Origin: the human T2T-CHM13v2.0 reference genome, Homo sapiens
NCBI RefSeq assembly: GCF_009914755.1
Contig: NC_060927.1
Reading direction: 5' to 3' (one strand)
Length of the DNA: 64,000 nucleotides
Shown: positions 33,989-46,225 of the stretch, piece after piece
Layout of the letters: every line of letters starts with the position of its first letter
Position numbering within the stretch: position 1 is the stretch's first letter
Translations under genes and position numbers: made by a program
The notes under the pieces: generated by a model
Seen by the model: only the letters and a program-made list of their open reading frames with translations
Told to the model about the DNA's origin: nothing
Databases searched by the model: none

Positions 33989-36900
33989 GAAGTGTTAATT
34001 GTTGCTCCAAGATCAAAAGTTTCTGTAGTGGAAAGGATGCTGAATTTTGTCAAATGCTTTTTCTGTATCTATTGAGATGATGATGATTTCTGTTTCTTTA
34101 TTCAGTTAATACAGTGTGTCACATTTATTGGTTTTGGTAAGTTGAACCATCTTTGCATCCCAGGGATAAATTCCAGTTGATCATGGTGACTGACTATTTT
34201 TATGTGCTGTTGAATCTGATTTGCTAGTATTTTGTTGAGTATTTTTTCATCTACCTTCATCAAGGATATAGGCTTGTAGTTCTGTTTTTTTATATTGTTC
34301 TTGTCTGGCTTCAGTATCAGGGTAATGCTGGCCTTGTAAAATGAGTTTAGAAGTATTCTCTCTTCTTCAAGGGGAGATTTTAAAAAAGATTGGTATTTAT
34401 TTCTTATTTACATGTTAGATAAAATTCTGCTGTGAAGTAATAAAGTCTGGGCTTTTCTTTGATGGGAGATTTTTTAGTGTTGATTCAGTTTTATTCTTGG
34501 TCTGTTCAAATTTTCTTTTATTTTTCTTAACTTTGTCCTCGTAGATTCCATGTTTCTAGGAATTTATCAATTTCTTCTAAATTATCCAATTTATAAGCGT
34601 AAAGTTGTTCATAATATTCACTTATGATCCTTTGTGTTTCTGTGGTATCTGTTGGAATATCTCCTCTTTCATTTGTGATTTGAGTCTTATCTCTTTTTTT
34701 CTTAGTTGGTCTGGTCTGGCAAAGGGTTTGTCAATTTTCCTTATCTTTTCAAAAGAAAACTTATTTAGTTGATCTTTTCTATTCTTTCTAATCTCTACTT
34801 TATTTACTTCTATTCTGATCTGTATTATTTCCTTCCTTCTGCTAACTTCATGCTTTGTTTGTTCTTCCTTTTTTAGTTTCTTGAGATAACATTAAGTTGC
34901 TTACTTAAGAACTTTTCTCTTTTGTAATGCAGGCATTTATTGCTATAAACTTCCCTCTTAGAACTGCCTTTGGTGCATCCCATAAGTTTAGTATGTTGTA
35001 TTTTCATTTTCATTTGTCCGAGGATATTTTTAACTTTCATTTTTAATTCCTTCCTTGATCCATTAGTTGTACAGGAGTGTGATGTTTAATTTCCACATAT
35101 TTGTGAATTTTCCAGAATTTCTCCTTTATTACTTTCTAGTTTAATTCCATTATGGTCAGAAAATATACTTGATATTATTTCAGCTTTCTTAAATTTATTA
35201 AGAATTGTTTTGTGGCCTATTATCTATCCTGTAGAATGTTCTGTGTGCACTTGAGAAAAATGTGTATAATGGTGCTGTTGGATGAAATGTTCTGTATATA
35301 CCTGTTAGGTCCATTTGGGGTAAAGGGTTGTTGAAGCCCATTCTTTTTCTACTGATTTCTTGTCTGAATGAACTATCCATCGTTGAAAGTGCAGTATTTA
35401 CTATTACTGTATTATACTATTACTATTACTATATTATAGTCTATTACTGTATTATAGTCTATCTCTTCAGATTTATTAATGTTTGCTTTATGTATCTAGG
35501 TGCTCCAATGTTAGATGCATGTATATTTTAAATGCTTATCTTTTTAATGAACTGACCCTTTTGTTATTATATAATGACCTGCTTTTTCTCTTTTTCCCAA
35601 TCTTGACTAAAAGGAGGTCATTCTAATATAACAATTATATAAGCATAATCACCTCACTCTGTATTGATCTAATCTAATACAAGCATAATCACTCCCATGC
35701 TCTATTGGTTACCATCTGCCTCTTATTCCATACCTTTGCTGTTAGTCTATGTGTGTCCCTAAAGCTAAAATAAGATTTTTGGAGGGAAAATATTATTGGA
35801 TCTTGTTTTTTAATCTATTTAGACATTATTTTAACTGTAGACTGTAATCTCTTTACATTTAAAATTAGTATGGATAGATATGGACTTACTATAGGCATTT
35901 TATTAATTTTTTACTGACTTTTGTAGTTATTTTGTCTTTCTTCCAATCTTACAGTCTTTCTTTGTGATTTGTGTATTTTTGTAGTAATATGCTTTGATTC
36001 CTTTCTCTTCATATTTTGTATATCTGCCAGAGGTTTTTCATTATAGTTATCATGAGGCTTGCATAAAATATCTTATAGTTAAAGTATTCTAATTTAAGCT
36101 GAAAATACCTTAACTACAATTGCATACAAAGACTCTATGCTTATATTTCTCCTCCCTCACACATTTTATGCTATTGATGCAATAATTTATATCTACTTAT
36201 ATTGTGTATGCTAACCCATTGTTTATAGCTATAATTGTTTAAATACATTTGTTTTTTTAACTATTATACTAATGAGTGATTTACATAACCCCTTTACGGT
36301 TTTAGTATATTCTCAATTTGAGTATATGTTTACCTTTAGTAGTAAGCTTTATACTTCCATATGTTTTTATATTTTACTTATTTTCCTTTTATTTCAACTC
36401 AAACAATTCCCTTAAGCATTTCTTATAAGGCCAGTCCCATGATGATGGATTTCCTCAGCTTTTGTTTGTCTTAGAATGTCTTGATCTCATTTTTCATTTC
36501 TGAAGGACTGTGTTGCTGGGTGTAGTATGTTTTGTTAACTTATTTTTTAGCACTTTCAATATGTCATGCCACTCCCTCCTGGCTTGCAAGGTTTCTGTTG
36601 AGAAGTCATGTATAGTCCTATGGGAGATCATTTTTATGTAATAAGTTTCTTCTCTTTTGCTGCCATAAAGCTTCTTTGTTTTTGGCTTTAATTTGATTAC
36701 AATGTTAAAATCAGAAACCAATGAGATTTAAGGCAGCAAGAATTTTGAGTTTATCTCTATTGAGTTTATCTTTCTTGGGGTCCTTTGAGGTTCCTGAATC
36801 TGTATGTTCATATCCCTCCCAAGATTTGGGATTTTTTCAAACAGTATTTCTTTAAATAATGTATCTCTGTCTCGCTTCTCCTTTGGATACTCTCATAAAT

Positions 36901-37629
36901 TTTATATTTGTACATTTGATGGTGTCCCATATATCCCTACACTTTCTTCACTCTTTTTTGATCTTTTTTTAATTCCTCTAATTAGCTAATTTCAAATAAT
37001 CTTTCTTCAAATTCACAATTTCTAATTTTTTTGCATGATTGCCTCAGCTATTCAAACTATTGAGTTTTTCAATTCTGCCATTGTATCCTTCAGCACTAGG
37101 ATTTCTGTTTGGTTCTTTTCCACGGTTTCTATATTTTATCAAACTTCTCATTTCATTCATGCATTGTTCTCCTTATTTCTTTTAGTTGTCTATCTCTATT
37201 TGTTGAATTTCTTTGAGCTTCTTGAAGATGAGCATTTTGAATCCTTTTTCCAGTAATTTGTACATCTCTTTTTTGGTGGGGTTGGTTAGTAAAGCCTTAG
37301 TTATTTTGATGGTGTCATGTTTGCTTCATTCTTTGTTATTCATGTAGGCTTGCATTTCTGTCTGCATTTGAAGGAGCTAACTCCTCTTTCACTCTTTATA
37401 GAATAGATTTGACAAACTAAAATTTTCTCCTAATAGGTCTGCAGGTTGATGAGATTACCTCTGGGCTCATGATTGAGTGGCATTGGATGCAGGTCTTGTG
37501 CCTGATACTGGGTCTACAGTGGAAACTGCAGTTGGCAGTGTTGTTACCAGAAGCTGTAGTTGGTGTGGGTCCCATTTGGTTTCTGGGCAGACTGAACTGT
37601 CTCCAGATCTTTGGGTCTGGATCTGGGAT

Positions 37630-38850
37630 GATGAAGGTCTGCTTCAGGATTCACAGATTGCAGGTCTTTTTCCACGTGCAATGATGGATATGGCTTCCGC
37701 TGGGTCACTGGCAGGACTCCTGTTGGATAACTAAATGAGTACCTGTCCTAGCCATACTGTACAAATTGGTGGCTGAGATGGGCTTAAACTGAGACATAAG
37801 ATTGTTTCAGGATATACAACCAAGGCTGAGATCTTTAGCCCCCACGAATAGGTATGTGTACAGTGGTTTCCTGGATGAGCAAGCCTGCTTTCAGACTGCA
37901 GTTTAAAAAGGTGGGGGCCAATTTATAGGGCCATTTAAAGATCCACAATGGGACAGAGGTGAGGGATTCAGCCTGAATGGGCACTGTGGGACATGCCTTC
38001 TTGTGCCCAAGCAGGCCAAGCTTCTCTCAGTCTGAAGACAAAAGGGGTCTGGACCTAAATCCAGTGCCATTTGAGGATCCACTGTGGAACAGAGGTTGGC
38101 AAAGCGTGTCAGGGAAACAGACAGGCATGTCTCCTGGTGGGATTCCAGCTGGGCAGAATTGCTTCAAGACCACAGCTGGGAGGGACTGAAACCAATCTTC
38201 AGGGCTATTTTTAAATCTGCTGTGGAACTGATGTTGGCAAGCCTGACCCAGTGGCAGTGGGGGGTGAGAACCCCAATAGATCCCTATGTGGTCAGGATTG
38301 CTCATAGACTGCATCTGAGAGGGGCTAGAGCTGAGATTTGGGGCCCAGTTATGGTCTTCTATGGGATGAAGGCCAGCAAGACTGTCCAAGTGCATCTCTA
38401 GCAGTTCCTTGCATGGTGGAATAACTTCAGGGCTGTGACAGAAGGGCTGGTGCCTAGAAAGGTCCCTTCAGGATCTGTTATGGGATGGAAGTTGTCAAGC
38501 CCATTAGCACTGATGGGCTAGTCACCCTGTGCCATTGGGATTATTCCCAGGCTGCATTTAAGCAGGGCTACCATCAAGATTCAGGGCCCCTTCAGGACCT
38601 GCTGTGGGATGGAGGCTGACAGTCTAATGGCACAGATGGATGAGTCTACCAGCATGTCTTATTATGGATGGGATTACTCCCAGACTATGGCAGAGAGGGG
38701 CTAGAGCTGAGATAGGGCCCCTTCATGATCTGCTGTGGGACAGAGGCTGCAAGTCTGTCCTGGTAGTATAGATGGGTGAGTCTCTCTCTAGGTCCCTGTG
38801 TGAGAAGTACTAGGCTAGAATTACAGCTAAAGGGGGCTGGAGCCAAAAGC
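37630..38850. repeat. Degenerate ~125-160-bp tandem monomer array in the L1 5' UTR
   Basis: Recurrent gggct(a/g)gagctgag...cccttcaggatctgctgtgggat/acagaggct motif near 37645, 37805, 37930, 38065, 38205, 38340, 38462, 38587, 38718. Confidence 0.75.
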
Positions 38851-39287
38851 TGTTACAGGATAGCTTTTGGGTTCACGGACAAAACTGATGGCAAGAAGCA
38901 GATGGGTCTGTCTGTGAAGCACTAATGTGCATGATTCCTCCCAGCCCTTTGGTGGATGCTTTTGGAAGCAGGCTCAAGCACAAACGGAGCTGTAACTAAA
39001 CCCTTTGGAAAATGGGGTTATTTATGGGTCTGAAGCTGGGTCCACAATTACTGGGTCTGCCACCTAGGTGCAGGTCTGTACTCTCAAAACAATAATCCTA
39101 GATCTTGGGCTCCACTCTGGTTTCACAACCTCATACCCCAATCCAAGGGCTCCCACAAAGAAATTTTTTATCATGAATGGGTGCAGAATTATTTTTTTTT
39201 TGTGGAGTAATACAAGTGCGTGACCACCTATTCTGCCATCTTATCTCATCCCCTAGATATCTGTTTTAATTGCTTCCTCTTTACCCT

Positions 39288-39780
39288 GTTGGTGAGGGAA
39301 GGATTTTGTACCTCAAGAGATACCTATGGAGACAGCCAAACACACAGACCCTATATTGGACAGATGAGATTGATGCATATTTATTAATCACATACACTTA
39401 CAGCCCAGAGGAGGGAGATACCACACACCATGCAGGGCCACATAGGGGTTGCATTTGGGAAAAAAAGTGAACAACCATGTGTATGGGATGCAGTTTGGTA
39501 ACATCAAGAGGGCAGGGTACTCGTCGATACTCAGGAGGATGTGATTGGCTTGTTTGAGTAGCTCCACAGGCTGGCATGGAACTGAAACTTACTTCTCAGT
39601 GATGAAGAAGAACTTGACCTGATCTATTTGATAAGGCAGGTTCTTTGGCTAGGAAATCTTATTTACAGGAGCAGAGTAAGGAAGAATGTTTCCTGTAAGG
39701 CTATTTATGCCCCTTTCAGATGCCCTCAGCTATCACAGAAGCCAATAATATTGGGCCTTAATCTTAGGACTCGCACCATA
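39288..39780. mobile_element. ERV-type LTR (family uncertain)
   Basis: GC-richer LTR-like block starting tgttggtgagg; no clear TSD established. Confidence 0.45.
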
Positions 39781-40934
39781 GTATATTAATGAATCTTAGC
39801 TATAGAAAGGGAAGGAAAGATATGAGAATAAAGCTATAATTGGTTTCTTAAAAATTGCACTCATTTTAGACAAGAGACAGGATTTCTGGTGTTTTGGGGT
39901 GGCACAATGACCTTGCCTTTGTCTGTACTTAGACAAAATTATTAAGTGACCCTACTTTGTCTCATTTTATCATGGTCTCAAAGTAGCCTGAGGTTCGTAT
40001 TATTTCCAATAGGGGAATAAAATAGCATAGCTCTGAGAGCTGGGCCAACTTCCAAATCTCAGAGGCTGCTATTTATTTTCTTTTTACAGTTAAAAGGGCC
40101 TGTTGGTGCTGGGAGGCTAAATTAGATGGGTTGGTCAAGGAAAGTTTTCTGAGAGAGGGATGTCAAAGCTCAGCCTTTATCACTAATAAGGAGCCATACA
40201 CATAGAGAAGAACTGAGGAGAGTAGAGACAGGAGAGGAAGGGAGACAACCTGTGGGAGAGCATTCCTGTCTGAGGGAAATGGCAAGTATGAGCAAAGAAA
40301 CATTTCATCACACCCAAGAGGTGTGAGAAAAACCATTGGGACCGTGGCTCTTTGCTTCAATGCTCTCTAGGGTTGGATATGGAGGAAGTACCAGAATCTC
40401 AGAACATGGGAAGTAAACTTTGGAAAGCCTCAAAGTGATCCTGATACAGTGGTCCTCCAAGACAGATTGTCTCTTACTGCCTGTATGCTTCCCTCACAGA
40501 TTTAGTTCAATTATATAGACTTTATATGAAAATCCCAATACTAATTGATACTTTAATATGACCCTGTATAACATACAACAAAATTGCTTGTCCAGGAATG
40601 TTTTACCAACATCCAGGGAGATAGATGGGGTTATTAGCTAGTGAATGTGCTGTCAGTGGCAGAAGATCAATTATCCTATATATAATTTTGTTTTTTCTCA
40701 GAAACTAGACTGTGGTGATTTTTCTAGACCATCTAACATATATTTGAGCAAGGTCTGCATTTCCATTTAATAGTGAAGCATTCCTAGGATGTGAGTTTTA
40801 TCATTCCAATCATCTGTTCATATCCAGTTCATGCATTTGAACACTATTACAATAGTTGGTTTGAAGACACCATTGCTACCAACTGGGAATTTAATATGCC
40901 AACACAGGAAAATATTAACGATGATAAACAGCTC

Positions 40935-41170
40935 AGACAGCAGAGAATAATGGTTACAAGCATGGACTCTGAAACCAGACAGCCTAGGTTCAAATGACAA
41001 CACTACCACTTTCTAGTTGTATCCCTGTTAGGTACTTTACTTAGCTTACATGCCTCAATTTTCTCACCAACAAATTGGGATAATACTAGTACCTACCTCA
41101 AAGGTTTACTGGGAAGAATAAAATATATAGTAATTTCTTAGACCTGACACAGGATAACACTATGTAAGAC
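40935..41170 (+). mobile_element. MIR SINE
   Basis: tggttacaagcatggactctgaaaccagacagcctaggttcaaat...cctcaattttctcacc...gtacctacctca. Confidence 0.8.
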
Positions 41171-42087
41171 CTACCTTTGTAATGATGATTACAACTATGT
41201 ATTGGAAAAGAAAAAAAAGGTAATTAATACAGTATTCCTATAGTTGATGAGTTAATTATGTACTAACCAGTATATATAAATGTTCACAGATCTTATTGAG
41301 GAATAATTCCTATCACTTATGGTTCTATACAGGGCCTCTCCTCTTTCTACAATGTCAATCACATAATAAATCAGTTTTTAGCAAAATCTGAAACTATGCA
41401 TTTAATTTAAAATTTTTTTTTCCTTTCTGCCTCGTATGTCTGATTCATTCAAGCCTACTGTAGATAACAGTTTTAATACATTCTGTTACTGAGCTTTTTG
41501 GACTTTGCCTAGAGAACACACTAAGAGTCTCAGATCTTTAATTGAGGCAACCGTATTTAGTACCACTGAAATAAGTGTGAAAACAGCTTGATCATGCAAA
41601 GCTTGACATGAAGAAAACACCTGCCTGGTGTTAATAAGATACATGAATTTCAGACAACAGAAAACAAAGAAAATTACCACTTTGTCTATCTTGGTAAAAT
41701 ACCAACAGAATTCTCATTATTTTCATGACATTCAGAAGTTTATTTGAATTTCTATGAAATGTGAACAGAAAAAAATCATATGGATTATGGGCTCCTGGTG
41801 GGTGAGGGTTTTTAAAATATTACTGGATTTTTATCCATACTATCAGATTTATTAAGACAAAGTAAAAGAAAAAATAAGGAAAAAATAAATATTTGTTTTG
41901 TTCTGGATATTCATTAGAACAAACCAGAGTGATCTGAGAATCAATTTCAAGTATCTTAATAGGCCTGGATGTATTGGACATTAGTGTAAACACACATACC
42001 CACTTCTCTTAAGTTTCAGGGTCTCAATAGAAATATGTTGAAAGTTCCTATCAATTGGCACTTTTATGCATAAGAGAAAATCTTTTA

Positions 42088-42281
42088 CTTTCACAAACCT
42101 ACTTTAGTTGTTTAAGAAAAGGAAAAATCTTAGTAATAATAATACAACAGTCATTAAAGGAATAACTTAGCGCAGATACCATCTTCTGATAATCACCCCT
42201 CAGAGCCTTGATTCTAGGCTGTGACATTATCAGTTTGCATTGGTCACCAAACAGCTTTGACATGGTATTACCTAAATCATT
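42088..42281 (+). repeat. Copy A of a ~190-bp direct repeat (partner 44349-44536)
   Basis: Shares tttaagaaaaggaaaaatctt, acagtcattaaaggaataacttag, ctaggctgtgacattatcag and a 40-bp perfect block tttgcattggtcaccaaacagctttgacatggtattacct. Confidence 0.95.
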
Positions 42282-43199
42282 GCATTATTACAAGCACAAC
42301 TGAAAAACTACAACTTCTTTTTTTTTTCAGTGAAGTCAGGAAATTCATCCTCCAACAGGTTGAGAGAATCACTAAGAAAAAAAAAACAGGATTATTCTTG
42401 TGTTTGTTGCCAAATTTATACAAGATTTATAAAACGCCAATATCATATGCACTGAATTTTCAGTGTTTTTTGTTTGCTTGCTTCTTTGCCTGTTTGTTTA
42501 ACATATATAGAATAAATTATCTTGTTAGACTGCTTTCTATTTCTAATGGACATGTGTACACATAATTTTTTGGAAGCAAAGTTACGCCTTGTTTCCTTCC
42601 TGGTTATTTATTTTGCCTAAAAAATCTTAGTACCTACACCAAAAGGTAGTTAATATTCATGCATAGTCAGCATTTAGTTGACTGTGATAAATTGTCAAAA
42701 GAAAGGATAATTGAAATCTATTGTACTGCCAAATCTAATTCGATATTCTATGCTTAAACTTATATTGTGTCTTACAGTTGGCCATAAGTGCTAATAGACC
42801 AACTGAAGATATTTTAATTTTAATTTCTTTCATCCTTCCAAAGATTTTGATAACTTAAAACTTGTATGAATAGTACTTTACAGTTTGTAAGCATTTTGAC
42901 ATAAATTGTCACTTTTGATCTTCCCAATATCCTTATGGGAATGAGAGATTATAGGATTATGGAAGATTTTATTATTCTCACTTTATATATTAATAAATTG
43001 GGAAACAGTCATCATGTTCTTAAGGAAATGCAGGTAATCAGCTCTAGAAAAATTAAAAGTCTAGAATTTCAAAGTTTGTTGAATGCATTACATTGCACTG
43101 AGAAAACCCATTACCTTTTATCCACAATAACCCCTTCTGTCTCCTTGCTGCCCTGTGTCCATGTCATTCTCTCTACTGTTTCTGGAACTTTGAATGTTT

Positions 43200-43525
43200 T
43201 TCTTCACTTCCCTTACTCCTTTTATGCACACTGTCTTGAATGTCCCTGCTTCTCTCAAATACCTAAATCCTGCTCATCTCTCAAGGTCTAGCATAAGTTT
43301 CATCCCCTCCAGGAAGTCTTCCAGCCCCCACTGTTCTTACTTAACAAATATAGCACTTACAGGAATTTATTAAGTTCTTAAATGTTTAATTTATGTGCAT
43401 CTAAATTCTCCTACCAGATTATAAGCACCTGAGAACAGAGACCAAGTCTTATACTTCTTTGAAACTCACAACATTCTAGCACTGGATATAGATATAATAA
43501 ATGCTTGCTAAATATTTGGTTATTG
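43200..43525 (+). mobile_element. L2 LINE 3' remnant
   Basis: cccctccaggaagtcttcc...ctaccagattataagcacctgagaacagagacc...taaatatttgg. Confidence 0.7.
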
Positions 43526-44135
43526 TTTAATTACCCAATGGAGACAATGCTGAAACATATCTCATCTTCCTTATCTGCATTTCCATCCATGTGGCTTGTA
43601 ATGTAGCCTGTATAATCACTTACTATGGTAGAGTTCAGTGTGGGTTTTTTCAATACGTTCATACATCAATTGACCCTAACATTAATTTCTAACTGTCAAT
43701 GACGCCCAGTCATATGACCTAGGGGATCGAATTAACTACACATTCCTGATGGATTCCCTGAATAGAGTAAACATTTGGGCCATATTTCAGCATTGAGAAC
43801 AGGAACAGAAGACATTATGCTGTGATTGCATTTCTATAGAATTACATTAGCATTACCCATTCTGCTAGTCATAATTTCTCAGCAGATCAGGGATATCTAT
43901 CAATAGTATTTCCTGTGATATAGCACATGAAAATGCATTCCATTATTCATTAGAAGTGTTGCTGATCAAGTATATTATCCTTATAAACTTACTCTTTAAG
44001 AAAGAAATGTTTATATGAAAATAACATACTTAAGAGTCATTATGTGAAAAAAGTATGTCACTGTATGACAGTTTGACTCTTCTGAAATGTAAGTGTTCGG
44101 TTTAATCAAATAACTGCTTTTGTTCATATTTTAAG

Positions 44136-44321
44136 GTGAATTTGGAGAAGTCTGTAGTGGGCGTTTGAAGACACCAGGGAAAAGAGAGATCCCAGTTGCC
44201 ATTAAAACTTTGAAAGGTGGCCACATGGATCGGCAAAGAAGAGATTTTCTAAGAGAAGCTAGTATCATGGGCCAGTTTGACCATCCAAACATCATTCGCC
44301 TAGAAGGGGTTGTCACCAAAA
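44136..44321 (+). CDS. EPHA6: Internal coding exon of Eph receptor A6: kinase N-lobe (end of Gly-rich loop, VAIK lysine, alphaC helix, HPNII)
   Basis: Acceptor ...ttttaag at 44135 and donor gtaagt at 44322; 186 bp, phase 1-1; translates (G)[61 protein letters not shown]. The EphA family call is certain; [18 protein letters not shown] match my recollection of EPHA6. Confidence 0.93.
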
Positions 44322-44348
44322 GTAAGTTACTGAGTTTCTTCATTACTT

Positions 44349-44536
44349 CTTTCACACACCTATCTCAGTTTTTTTTTAAGAAAAGGAAAAATCTTCATAA
44401 TAATACCACAGTCATTAAAGGAATAACTTAGTTCAGATATCATCACCCCCTCAGAGACTTGATCCTAGGCTGTGACATTATCAGAGTTTGCATTGGTCAC
44501 CAAACAGCTTTGACATGGTATTACCTGCAAATCATT
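44349..44536 (+). repeat. Copy B of the ~190-bp direct repeat (partner 42088-42281)
   Basis: Begins ~27 nt after the exon donor; same blocks as copy A. Confidence 0.95.
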
Positions 44537-45301
44537 CCTAACATAACTTAAAGTAATGAATCAAGAGTAAAGGGTTATGTGTTTTTGCTTTGTTTTGTTT
44601 TGTGTTTTGAAATGTCAATAGTAACAGAACAAACACTTTCAGTGTTTTGGGTCATTAAGGTAAAATATTTCTGTTTAGAAATAAATGTCATATACAAATA
44701 TAAAATGCTTTACCTGGAGTAAAACTTATAAACAAAAATTCGGCATGGAACCTATATAAATGGCATTAGGAGTAAATTATTATAATTTATATAAAATGAA
44801 AAAAGTTTACAATTCCTCAAGTAAAAATTCTTCTTTCACAGAAATAATGGAACAAAGTTTATTCCTTTGAAAAGAAATGTTTTCAAAAATCCAAAATTAG
44901 CAATATCCTCTAAGAAATAGATTGCTATATATTCACTTTCATTTGAAAAATGATAGGGCATAAAATATGACAATATTTCTCATTACTTTATTCACTAAGA
45001 ATTATTATATATAAAATCCAATACAGATTTGGCCTTTTAAAAATAACTTCAATCCTTGAAAGAGGCATTTTTCTTTCATAAAAATAACATTTATTTTAAA
45101 ATCTTTTAAATAAAATTGTAACTTTATGTCATATTTGGAAGCAGGAAAGTATAAAAGCTTACTAAAGAGGTGCAATTGACTCTGTGTCTGAAACACCTAA
45201 GTCCTTCTCACAAGGCATTGTCCAACATGCTACCCAAAATGAATAGATTCCTGACAGCTATGAAAGTTTGGAAGACAGAAAAGAATGCTTCTGATGACAG
45301 A

Positions 45302-45835
45302 TGTTGCAGTGGACTATTACTTTAGTGGCCTTAATGGGGCATTTCAGTGTTCATGTCGTTGTGTAGTTTTTTCCCATATTGATTCTGGGCTTTTCTATGT
45401 AACAAACCTTGGCCAATGGGACATTAGCAAGTGTGATGCAAGTAAAGGCATCTTACATGTTTGTACGTTGGAGCTTGTCCTCTTGCCACACTCTTTCCTG
45501 GAACGAGTCTCTATGCCTAATAAAGGCAATCCATAAGATGAGGCCACATGCAGTACTCCAAAGAAGAGAACTGAGGTGATTCAGCCAATATCCACATCTG
45601 AACTCCAAGCGGAATGTCAGCACTGAATGCAGCCTTGTGAGTGAACCATCTCTGATGTTACAACTCCACTACAACTGCTATTAGATAGCTATAGCTGTGG
45701 TTGACATCTTGTGCAGGAAAGGAACCATGCACCTCCATCCCATCAACCCATAAATCACAAAAGATGATTAAATGGTTGTTGTTTTAAGCCACTAAGTTTC
45801 AGATGGTTTGTTGCACAGCAATAGATAACCAAACA
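45302..45835 (+). mobile_element. Old MaLR LTR (MLT1G-J-like)
   Basis: ttggccaatgggacattagca...ttgttttaagccactaagtttc...ttgttgcacagcaatagataaccaaaca. Confidence 0.75.
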
Positions 45836-45839
45836 GATG

Positions 45840-46225
45840 GACCCCAGTTAGAATTCTGCTCCTGCCACTTAAGAATTATGCAGCTATGGGTAAATTACTT
45901 AACATCTGTATCCTTTACTTCCACATCTGTAAAATGGGACAGGAATGCTGTAAGAATTAAATTTGTCAATGTGTAATACATTTAGCACCCTTTGTGCATC
46001 ATTGTAAACCACATTCAATAATATTCTTTATTGGGACTATATGTGCTAGCACTTTATACGTATACGTTACCATTTCATTCTCACAGCAACCCTAATTGAT
46101 ATCATTATCTACATTTTATGTATGAGAAACGAAGGCCCAGGCAGGTTAACTAACCCACATAAGGACCTTTAACCTACAGTATGTGGCATGACTAGTGTTC
46201 AAAATGAAGTCTGTCTCACTTTAAA
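45840..46225. mobile_element. Two adjacent MIR remnants in opposite orientation
   Basis: gggtaaattacttaacatctg...catctgtaaaatggg (+), then cattttatgtatgagaaacgaaggcccaggcaggttaac (-). Confidence 0.7.

Noticed and set aside
43540-43960. Non-repetitive stretch upstream of the exon as a conserved enhancer
   Set aside because: Plausible, but cannot be supported from sequence alone without conservation or chromatin data.
44086-44094. AT|GTAAGT donor-like motif upstream of the exon
   Set aside because: Only 47 nt from the acceptor, too short for a normal intron, and no upstream exon is evident.
44165-44431. ORF-track 88-aa ORF as a standalone protein or intron-retention isoform
   Set aside because: It starts at an internal TTG codon and runs through a consensus gtaagt donor into intron; only 44136-44321 is Eph-like, and nothing in the sequence supports retention.
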